From: Antedon mediterranea
Taxonomy: Eukaryota > Animalia > Echinodermata
DNA length: 64,000 nucleotides
Assembly (NCBI RefSeq): GCF_964355755.1
Contig: NC_092677.1
Span: 1,262,101 to 1,326,100, forward strand
Reading direction: 5' to 3'
Below are positions 13,327 to 26,534 of the stretch, piece by piece. The translations under genes and the position numbers were made by a program. Every line of letters begins with the position of its first letter. Position 1 is the first letter of the stretch. The notes beneath the pieces were generated by a model. That model had not been told where the DNA came from. It did no database searches and worked only from the letters and a program-made list of their open reading frames with translations.

Positions 13327-15614
13327 ATGGAGGCAAGATGTACAAGTACGATAGTCTTCTAATTGTTCAACTTTGTGGTTGTAAGTACAAATATTAAAAA
13401 TATCTTCTTTTTTTTCACAAAATGACGCAATCGTAAATCGTTATTTGTTTAATTTAGTTTCAGATACAAGTGCACAAACACCAGTGACAATGGATGCTGC
13501 TAAAGCCAAAGAGTTTGAAAATGTAACGATGGTGTGCACTTATACATTTCTGAAAGGAGATTCATTGTTGCAACTGGCTTGGTCAAAAACTGATGACAAT
13601 GGTCAACAAAATAGGACCTGCTCTTGTGGTTTCTACAGGACTAACAACCAATGGTCGATACAGTTTGTCCAATAATAATCTTATAATAACTGATGTTGAA
13701 CGAGGTGATACAGGCAACTATCGTTGTGCTTTTAGCACCAATCTTGGAAATTCTGGTGAAAACTTTGCAGCACTCGCAGTCAATTGTGAGTATAATTATA
13801 TACTGTGCAGAATTTGTATTTAAAACAATAAATCTCTTAATTAAAGTAATCTTTTAACCTAAAATGTTGATTTCCGACTTTTAAAGTTACTTTAGAATTT
13901 CAGAGTAATAGTTCAGTAATTAATTAGTAATAATAATAATAACAGTATAATAATTTTGAATTCAAATGAACATCAGCTAGTTTAAGCATATACAGGTCAA
14001 ATAGCATTGTAAGTTAACAACAGTGAAAACTGATGAGACAAATTTTCCTATGCACTAATGACGTCTTAGCCAATTTTAGACGACGGCTGTATTTTTGGTA
14101 AGCGCATATCGGAAGTATTATATCGCAATTGTCCTGATATCATATAGTATGTTCATCCCTAATACATTGTCAAACTATGGTTACCGGTAAATTCTTAATA
14201 CGCAGATCTTGAAACACTCGTTGTGACTCCAACCAAATTGTCTGCCAATATGGATGATACAGCAGAGTTTTCTACTGAACCTGTTGGATTCCCAACACCG
14301 ATTACCATCACATGGATCAAAGATGACGTCACACTTGATATTTCTGACATGCAAAAGTGTCCGCCTTCTGATGCAACATTGAAGATTAATAATGTAAATG
14401 AAACGGATGCAGGAGTGTTTAAGTGTAGTGCAGAGAATGGTGCTTATAGTGGAGAAGAAGGAAAACTTAGTAATACTGCCACACTGTCGATAGGTTGGTT
14501 GGAAAATAAACATTTTAAATGTTGATACAAAAATATTATATTTTATTGATATTTTCTGTAAGGACTAAATTGCCTGTCATAATTAATTGGTCCTATTATG
14601 CTATGTAGTAATGAATCTAAAGCACTGCAGCTACACAACAAAAACTGGAAGTTGGGGGAAATTTTTGGGAAAAAGAAGGGAAATGTTTTAATACTGAACT
14701 TTTACATTGGTGCGATACGATAAGGTTTCTTATTTTTTTTTTTATTATAAAAGGCTTATTGTGATATGACGTGTTTTACTAATATTGCTTGTTTCTCTAT
14801 TCTTTTAGCATTAACGACAACATCTTTTATATTCAGTAAGTCAACTACACGTAGGTTCTGTTTGTTTGCATTGTATTGTAAATTTCCAGGTTTTTGCTTT
14901 TGCAAAAAGAAAAAATGATAGAAATGGAAAGGGATATCCCCCTCCATCCCCATGATCTGTATCACTGCTTAAAAGGGACAATAATTATGTCCTTTGTATA
15001 TTTGTCAACATTAAATTATTGTAAACATGTTTAAAACACATGGAAACACTAATCCTTCTGTTTTATTTGTTCAGTTTTAAGTACAGAAGAAGTTCCAAAG
15101 AGAGAGAATGATTGTAATTCAACTGGTCTTGTTGTTGGAATGACATTTGTTGGTGTGCTCATTGGATTCATTATATGTTTGATTGTGGTTTTTATCATCA
15201 GCAAAATAAGGAAGTCACATGCACAAGTAAAGTATAATTCAGACAGTAGAACCAAAATAAAAAGTGTAGCCTTAAAATGACAAATAGTTTAATGAAATAC
15301 CGCAACTTAAGTAATGGAAACTATTTTAACATTAAATATGATGTTTTATTTTGAAGGTAACTACATCGAAAAACACCAACCAATCAGGAGTGAGGATGTT
15401 ACATCAACATTCATCATTTATTATTATTACTATTGTTATCAATATATCAATAAAGGTTTACACGATTTCCATTCTTCTTTATTTTTTTTTTAGCAGCAGG
15501 CGTATGTGACTTATACTGGTGAGACATATAAAGAAACAAACCACAGAAGATTTACAGAAGAAAGATGATAATCAAGCTGTATATGTAAATGTTAAAGATA
15601 AAAAAAACAACTAA
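13327..15614 (+). pseudogene. IgSF receptor unit 4 pseudogene (leader 13327-13380, V 13458-13785, I-set 14206-14493, stalk, TM, microexon, tail)
   Basis: 1-nt deletion and TAA in the leader, +1 frameshift in V (328 vs 327 nt, split ORFs 13445 and 13593), frameshifting deletion before YQDL in the tail. Confidence 0.85.
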
Positions 15615-16620
15615 TAAAATACATGTTTAAAATGAAAGTAAATAAATATATTATTATTATTAATATTAAAGGAATATCATTGGTTTGAAACTACAATTAC
15701 ATACCTCTTGTTGATTTTATTATAAAAATAAAGAGAAATCAAAACATTTAGAAAGTGTTTTCTTTCTCTTGATCTCTATAACGCGTACAAATTAAAAACA
15801 AAGAAATTTGAATGCTGTGATTTGTATCATCATTAACTAAACAAAATATACACAAGTACTTATAGTGACATTGTATATACCAATGGTATGCATATAACAA
15901 CATTTGATGTAAAGATGAAAACAATAGGCATACTTGAAAAATGTAAAAACAACGATAAATGTATTAGAATTGTATTTCTTGTTTTGATTTGTTGGAATTA
16001 AAACTTGCTTGTATTAGACCAACTTTGATTCGTTACTTTAAATTCAATGTTTGAATGCATTACTAGTACATTGACATATAATTATTCCAGCATTGAAGGA
16101 AAATAAACTTGACAATCAATAATTTTAACACCAATTTTTAATTTAATTTGCCTTCAAGATGTTGCTTGCTGCCATGGTTTTTCAAAGAGTTGAATAATGT
16201 TCAAATTGATCTTTAAACGGAAACAAATTAATTCTAGGGACAAATTGGACCGGGTTTGGGTGCAATTGAGGTTCATTTCTGTTTTTAAGGAAGACATTTT
16301 AGAAATACCAGTTTGAGTTTGCACTGTTTGAACGCACTGTATAAATAAGGCCTAAAACCATGTCTTTAAATAACGGTAACTAATTGAAAAGATTAATTTG
16401 ATCAACTTGATTTGGACGAAAGTACATTACATTATAATTATGAAGGAAGTAAAAATAATATAATACAACAATGACCGGCAATTCATCTCAATCATAACAA
16501 CGACAGGAACAACAACAACAGTATACAATACCGTAGAGTGTGGAAGAGTGCGAGACAATAAAAGTGAAATAGTCACCACCTAATAAAGCGGAAAAGATTT
16601 CCATATTCTATAGAACTGCG

Positions 16621-18939
16621 ATGAAAGCAAAATGTACAAGTGCGATAGTGCTGTTGTTGTTGTAAGTACAAATATTTAAAAAAGATTCACAAAAGGACGC
16701 AATCGTAAATCGCTATTTTTTCGGATTTTTTATTTTAGTTGCAGATAGAAGTGGTCAAACACCAGTGACAGTGGATGCTGCAACAGCCAATGTAACAATG
16801 ATGTGTACTCCTACATTTCTGACAGGAGATTCATTGCTTACTGGCTTAGTCGACAGGTGATGATAGTGGTCAACAAGAATTAGGAAGTCCTCTTGTGATT
16901 TCTACAACCAACCAATGGTCGATAACGCTTGTCCAATAATAATCTGATAATAATTAATGTTGAAAGAGATAATGCAGGCAACTATTGTTGCGCTGTTAAT
17001 ACTAATTTAGGAAATGATGGTGAAACCTTTGCAGCACTCACTGCCAATTGTGAGTAGTAGATGATGCATTTTATACAGAATTTACACTTCTTGACTTTCA
17101 AAGTGAGATGATGCTTAAAAATATAAAATATAAAATCAAATGCCAATTAATTATCTGGTTGGGGTGCACTGTGAGTAAAAAATACAAATTAAGTTCAGGA
17201 CAAAGTACAAAAAGAGCGAATGTGGCTGTCATAAAATATCATAAAAATACAGCTAGTTATGTGTCATACATTTAAGGATATATATTACATTTAGGTCTAA
17301 TATTTGAACAATATTTTAAAATTGTTAAATGTAAACTTTCCATACACAGATCTTGATGAACCAGTTTTTAACCTAATGTCTGTCAACGATGAAACCGCAA
17401 CATTTAAATGTACTGAACCGGATGGATTGCCAACACCAATTACCACCACATGGATCAAAGATGACGTCAGACTTGAGATTCTGTCGGTCGTCGTCTTCGC
17501 GCAAGGGTGCGTAACTAACGGCTTTGTTGACTGTGTATGATTTTACGCTTTAGATAGCGAACATTTGATTATATTCGTCGTCTCCTAACCGTCGTGTTTC
17601 GTAAAGTCCAAATTAACAATTAATGACGTTGATGATGCAGATGAAGGAGTTTATCAGTGTAGAGCAGAGAATGCTGCTTACAGTGGAACAGATGTGAAAC
17701 TTAATACTGCTACACTGTCAATAAGTTGGTAGGAAAACAAACTTTCTATAACTGTTAATAACCAATTACCTGTCGTAATATGGTCCTTTATGGCTAATAT
17801 TCCTATTATGCTATGTAGTAATTAATTTAAAGCACAGCAGCCACACAACGAAAACTGAAAGTTGGGGTAAAATGTTTGGGAAAAATAATGGGAAATGAAT
17901 TCTGAACTTTTGCATTGATGGGAAACAATAAGGATTTTTATTTAGTTTATTTTAGTAATATAAGAGGCTTTTGTAATGAACACAAGACGTGTTTTACTAA
18001 TATTGCTTGTTCTTTTCTATTTCTTTATCATTGACGACAACATCTTTTATTTCCAGTAAGTCAACTACACGTAGGTTCTGTTTGTTTGCATTGTATTTAT
18101 TGTAAATTTCCGGGTGTTTGCATTTGCATAAAGCAAATAAAGGATAGGAATGCCCTCATCCCCAGGATCTGTATTAATGCTTAAAAGGGCTACCTTTTTG
18201 TATATATTTTTCAACACTACATTATTGTGTATTAAAACACATGGCATTGAACATTTTGTTTTTGTGGTCCTATTTATTGTTTAGTTGTATTTCTTTCCCG
18301 GATTTTGCGAAAAGCAAATAAATGATAGTGAATCTGGGGAGGGTGCTCAAAGGATCTGCATGAGTGCTTACAAAGTAAAATATGACCTTTGTATGTTTGT
18401 CAACATTTTACATTATTGTAAAACACATGGAAACACTGATCCTTCTCTATTAAGCGTGGTTCCCACTAGCGACGTCACACAAGGACGTAACGCAACGCAA
18501 GTGAATTGACCAATCACAAGCGATGGCTTATTCGCTTGTGATTGCTAACTGTCTATAACTTCGCTTGTCATTGGTTAAAACACTTGCGTTGCGTTTACGT
18601 CCTTGCGTTATGTTTTTGTGGGAACCAAGCTTTAACGAGTGCGGGCGTATGCATTCAACTGGTCTTGTTGGAATGACGTTTGTTGGTGTGCTCATTGGAT
18701 TCATTATTTGTTTCTTGTGGGCTTTATTATCAGCAAAAGTAATAATAAATAAAAGATAAAGAAGTCAAAGGTAAAGTATAATTCTGATTCATAAAGTAGA
18801 ATTACCAAAAAGGAGTAAAATTCTCAAAGGTTACATGAACTACGGTACACTGCACAAGTAATGAAATGGATTAACATTAAGTTCTTGCTGATGTTTTATT
18901 TTAAAGGTATCTACATAAAAAAACGACAACCAATTAGGG
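16621..18939 (+). pseudogene. IgSF receptor unit 5 pseudogene
   Basis: Shortened leader, V exon about 16739-17050 with indels and stops, foreign insert of about 130 bp in the I-set exon (about 17484-17611), mutated stalk acceptor, TM acceptor replaced by a MITE, tail exon missing. Confidence 0.85.
18453..18631. mobile_element. PIF/Harbinger-like MITE
   Basis: tta|AGCGTGGTTCCCAC ... GTGGGAACCAAGCT|tta, internally palindromic. Confidence 0.75.
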
Positions 18940-18985
18940 GTAAGGATACCATAACACTTTCAATACCAATTTTCACTCATCATTA

Positions 18986-19341
18986 TCTATATATAAATTA
19001 TTTTACGTAAGGGAAAAATTCTGTAAATCGCCCGTACTTCTAGAATTTCTACTCGATGGTATATAAAGTTGGTTCGTACTTTCGGTACTGATTTTAGCCA
19101 CCTGATTTAACCCTGCTTACAAATTAAATTGAGTTAGACAATTAGTTATTGACAATTAAAAAGAATTTAGGTTCAACGATTTGTCCCAAATAGGGGTGTT
19201 TTCCGTGGTATACATTGTCTAATGGATGTCCATCTTGAAAAATATCCGCACACAATAATACTATCTCCTTCTACGATAATTGATCAGCTCGAGTACAGCA
19301 TCATAATGTTGAAGAAAGGCCGACTTTCTTAAAAAAATACT
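18986..19341 (+). mobile_element. 5' fragment of Helitron family B
   Basis: Begins a|TCTATATATAAA and aligns (reverse complement) with about 50620-51017. It sits where unit 5's tail exon should follow. Confidence 0.7.
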
Positions 19342-19670
19342 ATTTGGATATATTTAATATATACGTTTATACAAATGTATTGATTTGCGATGAATGGAAC
19401 ATTCCAATCTGTTAGAAGCTTCAAATTCCTCGGTAAATAGAGGGCGCATTATTTCGTAAGAAGACAGTACTTTAAAAATATTGGAAATATGCTTGTTCAC
19501 AAAAAGTAATCTAAACATTGGGCCTCCGTACAGTATCATGGAGGAAGTAAACACAAATGTAAATCAATTGGCATTCAGAACCATCAGTGTCCTGAGAGAC
19601 AAGAGTGAAAGTATCATTTTGGATTTTCAGATTGTTAGGCGTGACCAGCATGTCCTTCTTAACAGAAGTA

Positions 19671-21640
19671 ATGGTGATATGTGAATGTGCACTAATTTTC
19701 CTGATTTTCCAAAGCGACTGTAAGTAGAAACTTAAATGTCATGCATGTTATTAGTAGGGTCCTACTATTATTTCAACATAGACTATAAGACTGAAATGAC
19801 TATGGACGATGACGTAGTAACCAATTTTTATTTATTGTATTGTTTGTATTAATTGATTGGTTTCATTAAATACATTGCCACGCATTCATTTTCTGTGTAT
19901 ATAGTTATAAATGGACAAAATCCGGTTGTCAATGTACAAGATGCTAACGTTATATTAGGTAAGGATGCTGTTATCACCTGTAGTTATACACTCAGTGGTT
20001 CAAGAACATTTAATGCTGCTCAATGGTACAATAGTAATTCAGATGGAGATCAGTTAGACGTCCATGTTAATACTGCAGATACAAATCCAAATGGTAGATA
20101 TACAGTTAATGTCACAACAACAACTGCTCAAACTGGTACAGCTACTCTCACCATTGCTAACACAGTGTTGTCTGATGATGGATACTATCTATGTAGAATT
20201 GTGGATTCATCTATTTTCTCTGGTGAAAACAACGGAAACCTTATTGTTCAATGTAAGTATTAATAAATCCACGAATGATATACTGTATATTTAAGTCATT
20301 TAAAAAATAAATTTTGTAAAAAAGGCAACCATCATTTTAATACTTGGCTTTGTCATTTCAGATCTGGAAACCCCCGTTTTGAAGTCGGACACATTATCTG
20401 CCATGATAAATGACACCGCAACATTTACATGTACTCAACTTATCGGTGAACCAACACAAATTATTGTCAGATGGACAAAAGAGAATATTGCACTTGATAT
20501 TTCTGATACAGACAAATATCCATCTTCTGATGCAACATTAATTATTAATAAAGTGGATGAAATGGATGAAGGAAGTTATCGTTGTGTAGCAGAGAATGCT
20601 GCTTACAATGGAAATGAAGGAAAACCGAGTAATCTTCTCGAACTCTCAGTAGGTTGGTTGAAATAAAGTTATTATAACTAACGATACAATAATATCACAT
20701 TTTATTGAGAGCATAGGTATATTCTATGGAACCAAAGAATCTATCATAATTAGACGGAATATTCCAACAATTATGTATTATGCGGTAATGGACATAAAGC
20801 ACAACTACACAGTTTAATTATAAAAGGCCTTTTTATAATATAGAACAAGACAATATATAAAACCAATAGATGCACTGACTATGTTTAAATAACATAATCA
20901 TATACTTCCTATTCTTTAGCATTGACGACAACTTCTTCTACATCCAGTAGGTCAACTACACGTACGTTTCGTTTATTTGCATTGCACTAATAGTTTTCGA
21001 TTTTTTTGGCCCTATAATTTTGCGAATAAAAAATATGACCTTTGTATATTTGTTATGTCACAATCACTTGGTAACTCTGATTCTCCTGAATCTTGCGTAC
21101 ACAGAAGTTCCAAAGAGTGGTGAGGGCGTGTGTAATTCAACTGGTCTTGTTGTTGGAATGACGTTTGTTGGTGTGCTCATTGGATTCATTATCTGTTTGA
21201 TTGTGGTTTTTATTATCAGAAAAATAGAGAAGTCAAAATCGCAGGTAAATTATAATTCAGAAAGTAGAAAAAAATAGTCGAAGGTTTAGTGAAATACCGT
21301 CACAATTAATGGAAAATGTATTCAATTTACTTTTTGATGTTTTATTTTAAAGGCACCGACATCAACAAATGACAACCAATCAGGGGTAAGGATGCTATAC
21401 TTCAACCTTAATTATTCGCTTTCACTTTGATCATTATCATCATTGTAACCAAAACACAATAAAGGTTTGCATGATTGTAATTCATCTTACTTTACTGTTG
21501 TATTTTTTTAGCAGCAGGCGTATATGACTTACACTGGAGAGACAGATAAAGAGGATAACCACACATACCAAGATTTACAGAAGAAAGACGATAATCAAGC
21601 TGTATATGTAAATGTTAAAGCAAAAAAGGACAAAAAATAA
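19671..21640 (+). CDS. IgSF receptor unit 6, intact (leader 19671-19719, V 19905-20252, I-set 20362-20652, stalk 20920-20946, TM 21105-21244, microexon 21353-21385, tail 21512-21640); about 338 aa
   Basis: Spliced length 1017 nt, open. V has C-x14-W...R-Y...L-T-I...D-D-G-Y-Y-L-C. I-set has FTC...W...D-E-G-S-Y-R-C. TM GLVVGMTFVGVLIGFIICLIVVFII; tail with YQDL and YVNV. An in-frame upstream ATG at 19650 is possible. Confidence 0.85.
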
Positions 21641-22723
21641 TATACATGTTTAAAATATAAAATAAAAGAAATACATTATTATTATTATTCTTATTATTAA
21701 TGGAATATCATTGGTTTAAAACTACAATCACATACATCTTGTTGTTTTGTTATAGAATACCGTATAGAATAAAGAGAAATCATAACATTGATAAAGTGTT
21801 TTCTTTCTCTTGATTTAACTATTTAACGCGTACAAATTAATAACAGGAAATGTGAATACTGCAATTAGTATCATCATTAACTAAACAAAATATACACAAG
21901 TACTTATAGTGACATAATATATACCAATATATAGCAACATGTGATATAGATGAAAACCACAGACATACTTGAAAAATGTAAAAAAAGATATGTAACTAAC
22001 AACGATACATTTATTAAAATGTTATTTTCTATTTTTGATTTTTTTGAATTAAAACTTGCTTGTATTAGACCAACTTTGATTCGTTACTTTGATTTTAATG
22101 TTTGAATGCATTAGTACATTGACATATAATGACATACTAGAATAGACTAGACAATCAATTCTTTTAACACGCTTGTAATTGTATTATTGTTATATAGCAT
22201 TCTTTAATTTAATTCGCCTCAAGATGTGCTTTGGTTGGTTGCTGCCATATTTTTTCAAAGAGTTTAGTAATGATCAAATTGATTTTTAAACGTACAAACT
22301 AAATTCTAGGGACAAATTGGACGGAGGTTTTAAAGTTATGTGCGATTCATGTTCATTTCTTTTTTAGGGAAGACATTAAGAAATACCTATAAAAATAATA
22401 AATAGTAGTTTGAACTACTTACTGTATAAATACAATTTTTAAAAGGCTAGGTGTTTTATGATTTTATTTTAAATAATTGATACTATTAAAAAAGAATAAT
22501 TGTATCATCTTGATTTGGACGGAAGTACAGTGCACTATAATTATGAAGGAAGTAAAACTAATATATCACAAGTATGAATGGCAATCCACAATCATAACGA
22601 CGACAGGAACAATCAATACTTCAGTATACAATACAGTACAGTGTGGTAGAGTGCAAGACTATAATAGTGAAATAGTCACCACCTAATAAAGCGGAACAGA
22701 TTTCCATATTTTACAGATTTTTA

Positions 22724-22963
22724 ATGGAGGCGAAAAATAAAAATGCGATGATTGTAAGTACAAATATTTAAAATAGTTTTTCACAAATGACGCAATCGTA
22801 AATCGTTAATTGTTATTTTGTTTAATTTAGTTTAATATCAGATACAAGTGGATGCTGCTAAAATGTAACAATGTAAGAATGATGTGCACTCCTACATTTT
22901 TTACAGGAAAATCGTTGCTTCAACTTGTTTTGTCAAAAGTTGATGTCAGTGGTCAACAAGAAG
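22724..22963 (+). pseudogene. Relic leader plus 5' half of a V exon (deleted unit)
   Basis: Degenerate MEAK-type leader with gtaagt, followed by a decayed clade-A V 5' end (gatacaagtggatgctgc...tgatgtgcactcctac...ggtcaacaagaa). Confidence 0.65.
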
Positions 22964-23129
22964 CTACTGTAGCTAGGCCTTCTTGCAGTACAGAAGTACA
23001 GAGCAAAGATCGTTAAAAAAATATGCCCTTTTAATCATGAACAGAAGAGGGCGGTGTTTAGCCTTACTACAAATAATGTACTGTACTCGTAAAGTTGCAT
23101 TTCCTTCTTGTAAATAGATTGCTGTGAAG

Positions 23130-25672
23130 ATGAAGAGTGTTTCCTTCTTGTTATTGTTTCTTCTATATTTACGACGTAAGTACAATTCACTAAACTAAAC
23201 TAATACTATTAAGCATTTTCTAAGAGTTCATAAACTTTGATGATTTGAACAGTTATTAACTAAATATATTTTGTTTGTAAAGTAAATATATCTCTGTTTA
23301 CGGTAGGTTTATGGCACGCCAGGATGGACATACATAGTTATGTCCGTCCTAGCGTGTCATATAGGTTCAAATGCTAGATATAGGTACGTTAGCTAAATAC
23401 TGCATGAGGCCTGTAACATCATGACATACTCATGTTGCTTTACTGTCGCTGTGCTACTAATTGTGCAAATAGTTATATATAATACATATATATATATAAA
23501 CATTTTCAGTATTTTTTGTTTGTATTGTTTGCATTTCCTATAATTTTGTTTCCAGAAATGACAAAAAAACCTTTCTTGACATCAACACAATGTTTAATAA
23601 ATGGTAGTAGACATACAGCACATCTTTTTAGCAAGCTGTCTTTAAAAATGAGTAAAGCATTATCTTTTATAACACCAAATCAACGTAGGTCTACCCTAAA
23701 CTCGAAAAACATGCAATAAAAGTGCACAATATGCAGTATTTATAATAACTACTGTACAGTTATATTTTAGTTTTAGGTACACATGCACAAACTACGTCTG
23801 TGACAGTGGGTGGTGATACAGTTAAAGTTGGTGAGATTACAACGATGACGTGTAGTTATACAGTTTCAACAAATGATGCATTGGATCGACTTGTTTGGTT
23901 CAGAGCTGATGCTGATGGTACTCCAATATTAGGAAACCCTATCGTATCTAGTGATACAGGAGAAACAAGCAATGGTCGTTACAGCTTATCTAATGACAAG
24001 GATCTTATGATAAGTGCTGTTGAAGTAAATGATGCAGGAAATTATCTGTGTAGAATCATCACACAAAATGGCCAAGTTGCTGACGACTATGATGAACTTA
24101 TAGTTCAATGTGAGTTTGTCATTCCTTTGTTGTTTTTTTTTCTAGTAAAAGTTAAAGACATAACTTCTGTTGGACAATCTTCAAATTACAATAAATAATT
24201 ATAATTAAAAATTATCCAAATGTCATGAAAATAAAGCTGTGTTTATGGTATTACATTTAATAGTCAAATTGTCTTTACACTGCAGATCTTGACACACCAG
24301 TTGTGACTCCAGCCCAATTGTCTGTCAAGATGGATGATACAGCAACGTTCACAACTGAACCTGTTGGATTCCCAACACCAATTACCATCACATGGATCAA
24401 AGGTGACGCCACACTTGATGTGTCTGATACAGAAAAGTATCCAAATTATGATGCAACATTAACCATTGATAATGTAAATGAGACGGATGAGGGAGATTAT
24501 AAGTGTAGAGTAGAGAATGCTGCTTACATGGGAGTAGAAGGAAAACTTAGTAATACTGCCACACTGTCAATAGGTTGGTGGGAATAAACATTTTAATAAA
24601 TAATGTATTTTATTGGCATCATTGTATAAGTATTTTCTGCATGTCATAATTATAAATGGAATATTCATATTACAGTATATTATGTCATGTGGTAACAAAA
24701 ATAAAGCACAGGTAAACAGCGATAACTGAAAGTTTTAGTTTATTAAAGTCATTTTTATAATATGAACGCATGACGTGTCGGATTATTGCTTGTTTATTTT
24801 CTATTTCTTTAGCATTGGCGACAACTTCTTTTATATCCAGTAAGTCAACTACACGTAGGTTTCGTTTGTTTGCATTGCATTGTAAATTTCCGGGATTTTG
24901 CATTTGCGAAAAAAAAGGATAGCAACGGAAAGGGATATCCCTGCCCCATCCCCATGATCTGTATCACGCCTTAAAAGGGAAAATAAGTATGACTTTATAT
25001 ATTTGTCAACACTACATTATTGTAAACATGTTTAAAACACGGCATGGTAACACGATCCTTCTGTATTATTTGTTCAGTTTTAAGTACAGAAGTTCCAAAG
25101 AGAGAGAATGATTGTAATTCAACTGGTCTTGTTGTTGGAATGACGTTTGTTGGTGTGCTCATTGGATTCATTTTCTGTTTGCTTGTGTGTTTTATCATCA
25201 GCAAAATAAGGAAGTCACATGCACAGGTAAAGTATAATTCAGAATGTAGAACCAAAAGCAAAAGTGTAGACTTAAAATGACCAAAGGTTTAATGAAATAC
25301 CGCATACTTAAGTAATAGAAACTATTTTAACATTAAATATGATGTTTTATTTTGAAGGTACCGACATCGAAAAACACCAACCAATCAGGGGTAAGGATGT
25401 TACTTCAACTTTAAGTATTCAATTTCATTCGTCGTCGTCATCACCATCATTATTATCACTATTGCCATCAATATATCAATAAAGGTTTACACGATTTTCA
25501 TTCTTTTTTTTTTGCATGCACTAAACTTTTGTATTTTTTTTAGCTGCAGGCGTATATGACTTATACTGGGGAGACAGATAAAGAAATAAACCACACATAC
25601 CAAGATTTACAGAAGAAAGAAGATAATCAAGCTGTATATGTAAATGTTAAAGCAAAAAAGGACAAAAAATAA
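23130..25672 (+). CDS. IgSF receptor unit 7, intact (leader 23130-23175, V 23771-24109, I-set 24286-24573, stalk 24813-24839, TM 25078-25226, microexon 25358-25390, tail 25544-25672); about 336 aa
   Basis: Leader MKSVSFLLLFLLYLR|gtaagt. Spliced length 1011 nt, open. The I-set domain lacks the B-strand Cys codon (ATFT-TEPVG). Confidence 0.8.
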
Positions 25673-26534
25673 TATTCATATACATTTAAAATAAAATTAA
25701 AGAAATACATCAGTATTATTATTCTTATTATTAATGGAATATCATTGGTTTAAAACTACAATGACATACATCTTGATGATTTTATTATAGAAATAAAGAG
25801 AAATCATAACCTGTAGAAAGTGTTTTCTTTCTCTTGATTTAACTCTTTAACTCGTACAAATTTAATAACAAGGAAATGTGAATGCTGTAATTTGTATTAT
25901 CATTAACTAAACAACATATACACAAGTACTTATAGTGACATAATATATACCAATATTATATAGCAACATGTGATATAAAGATGAAAACCACAGACATACT
26001 TGGAAAATGTAAAAAAAGATATGTAACTAACAACGATACATTTATTAAAAAATTGTATTTCTTGTTTTGATTTGTTTTAATTAAAACTTGCTTGTACCAG
26101 ACCAACTTTGATTCGTTACTGAATTTAAAGTTTGAATGCATTATTACATTGACATATAATGACTATTCCAGCATTAAGAAGGAAAATAAACTAGAAAATC
26201 AATTCTTTTAACACGCGTGTAATTGTATTATTCTTATATAGCCTTCTTTCGTTTAATTCGCCTCGAGATGTACGTTGTTTGCTTGCTGCCATATTTTATA
26301 CAAAGAATTGAGTAAGTTCAAATTAATTTTGAAACGGAATATTTAGATTCCTGGGAATTGGAACAGGGCTTTAAAGTATATGGGTGCGATTTTTATTTTG
26401 TTAATGATTTTTAAACACATTTAAGAAATACCACAGTTTGAGTTTGCACTGTTTTGAACTACAATACAATTTAATAATAATCACGTGTTTTATTATTTTA
26501 TTTTAAATAATTGATACTATTAAAAAATAATAAT

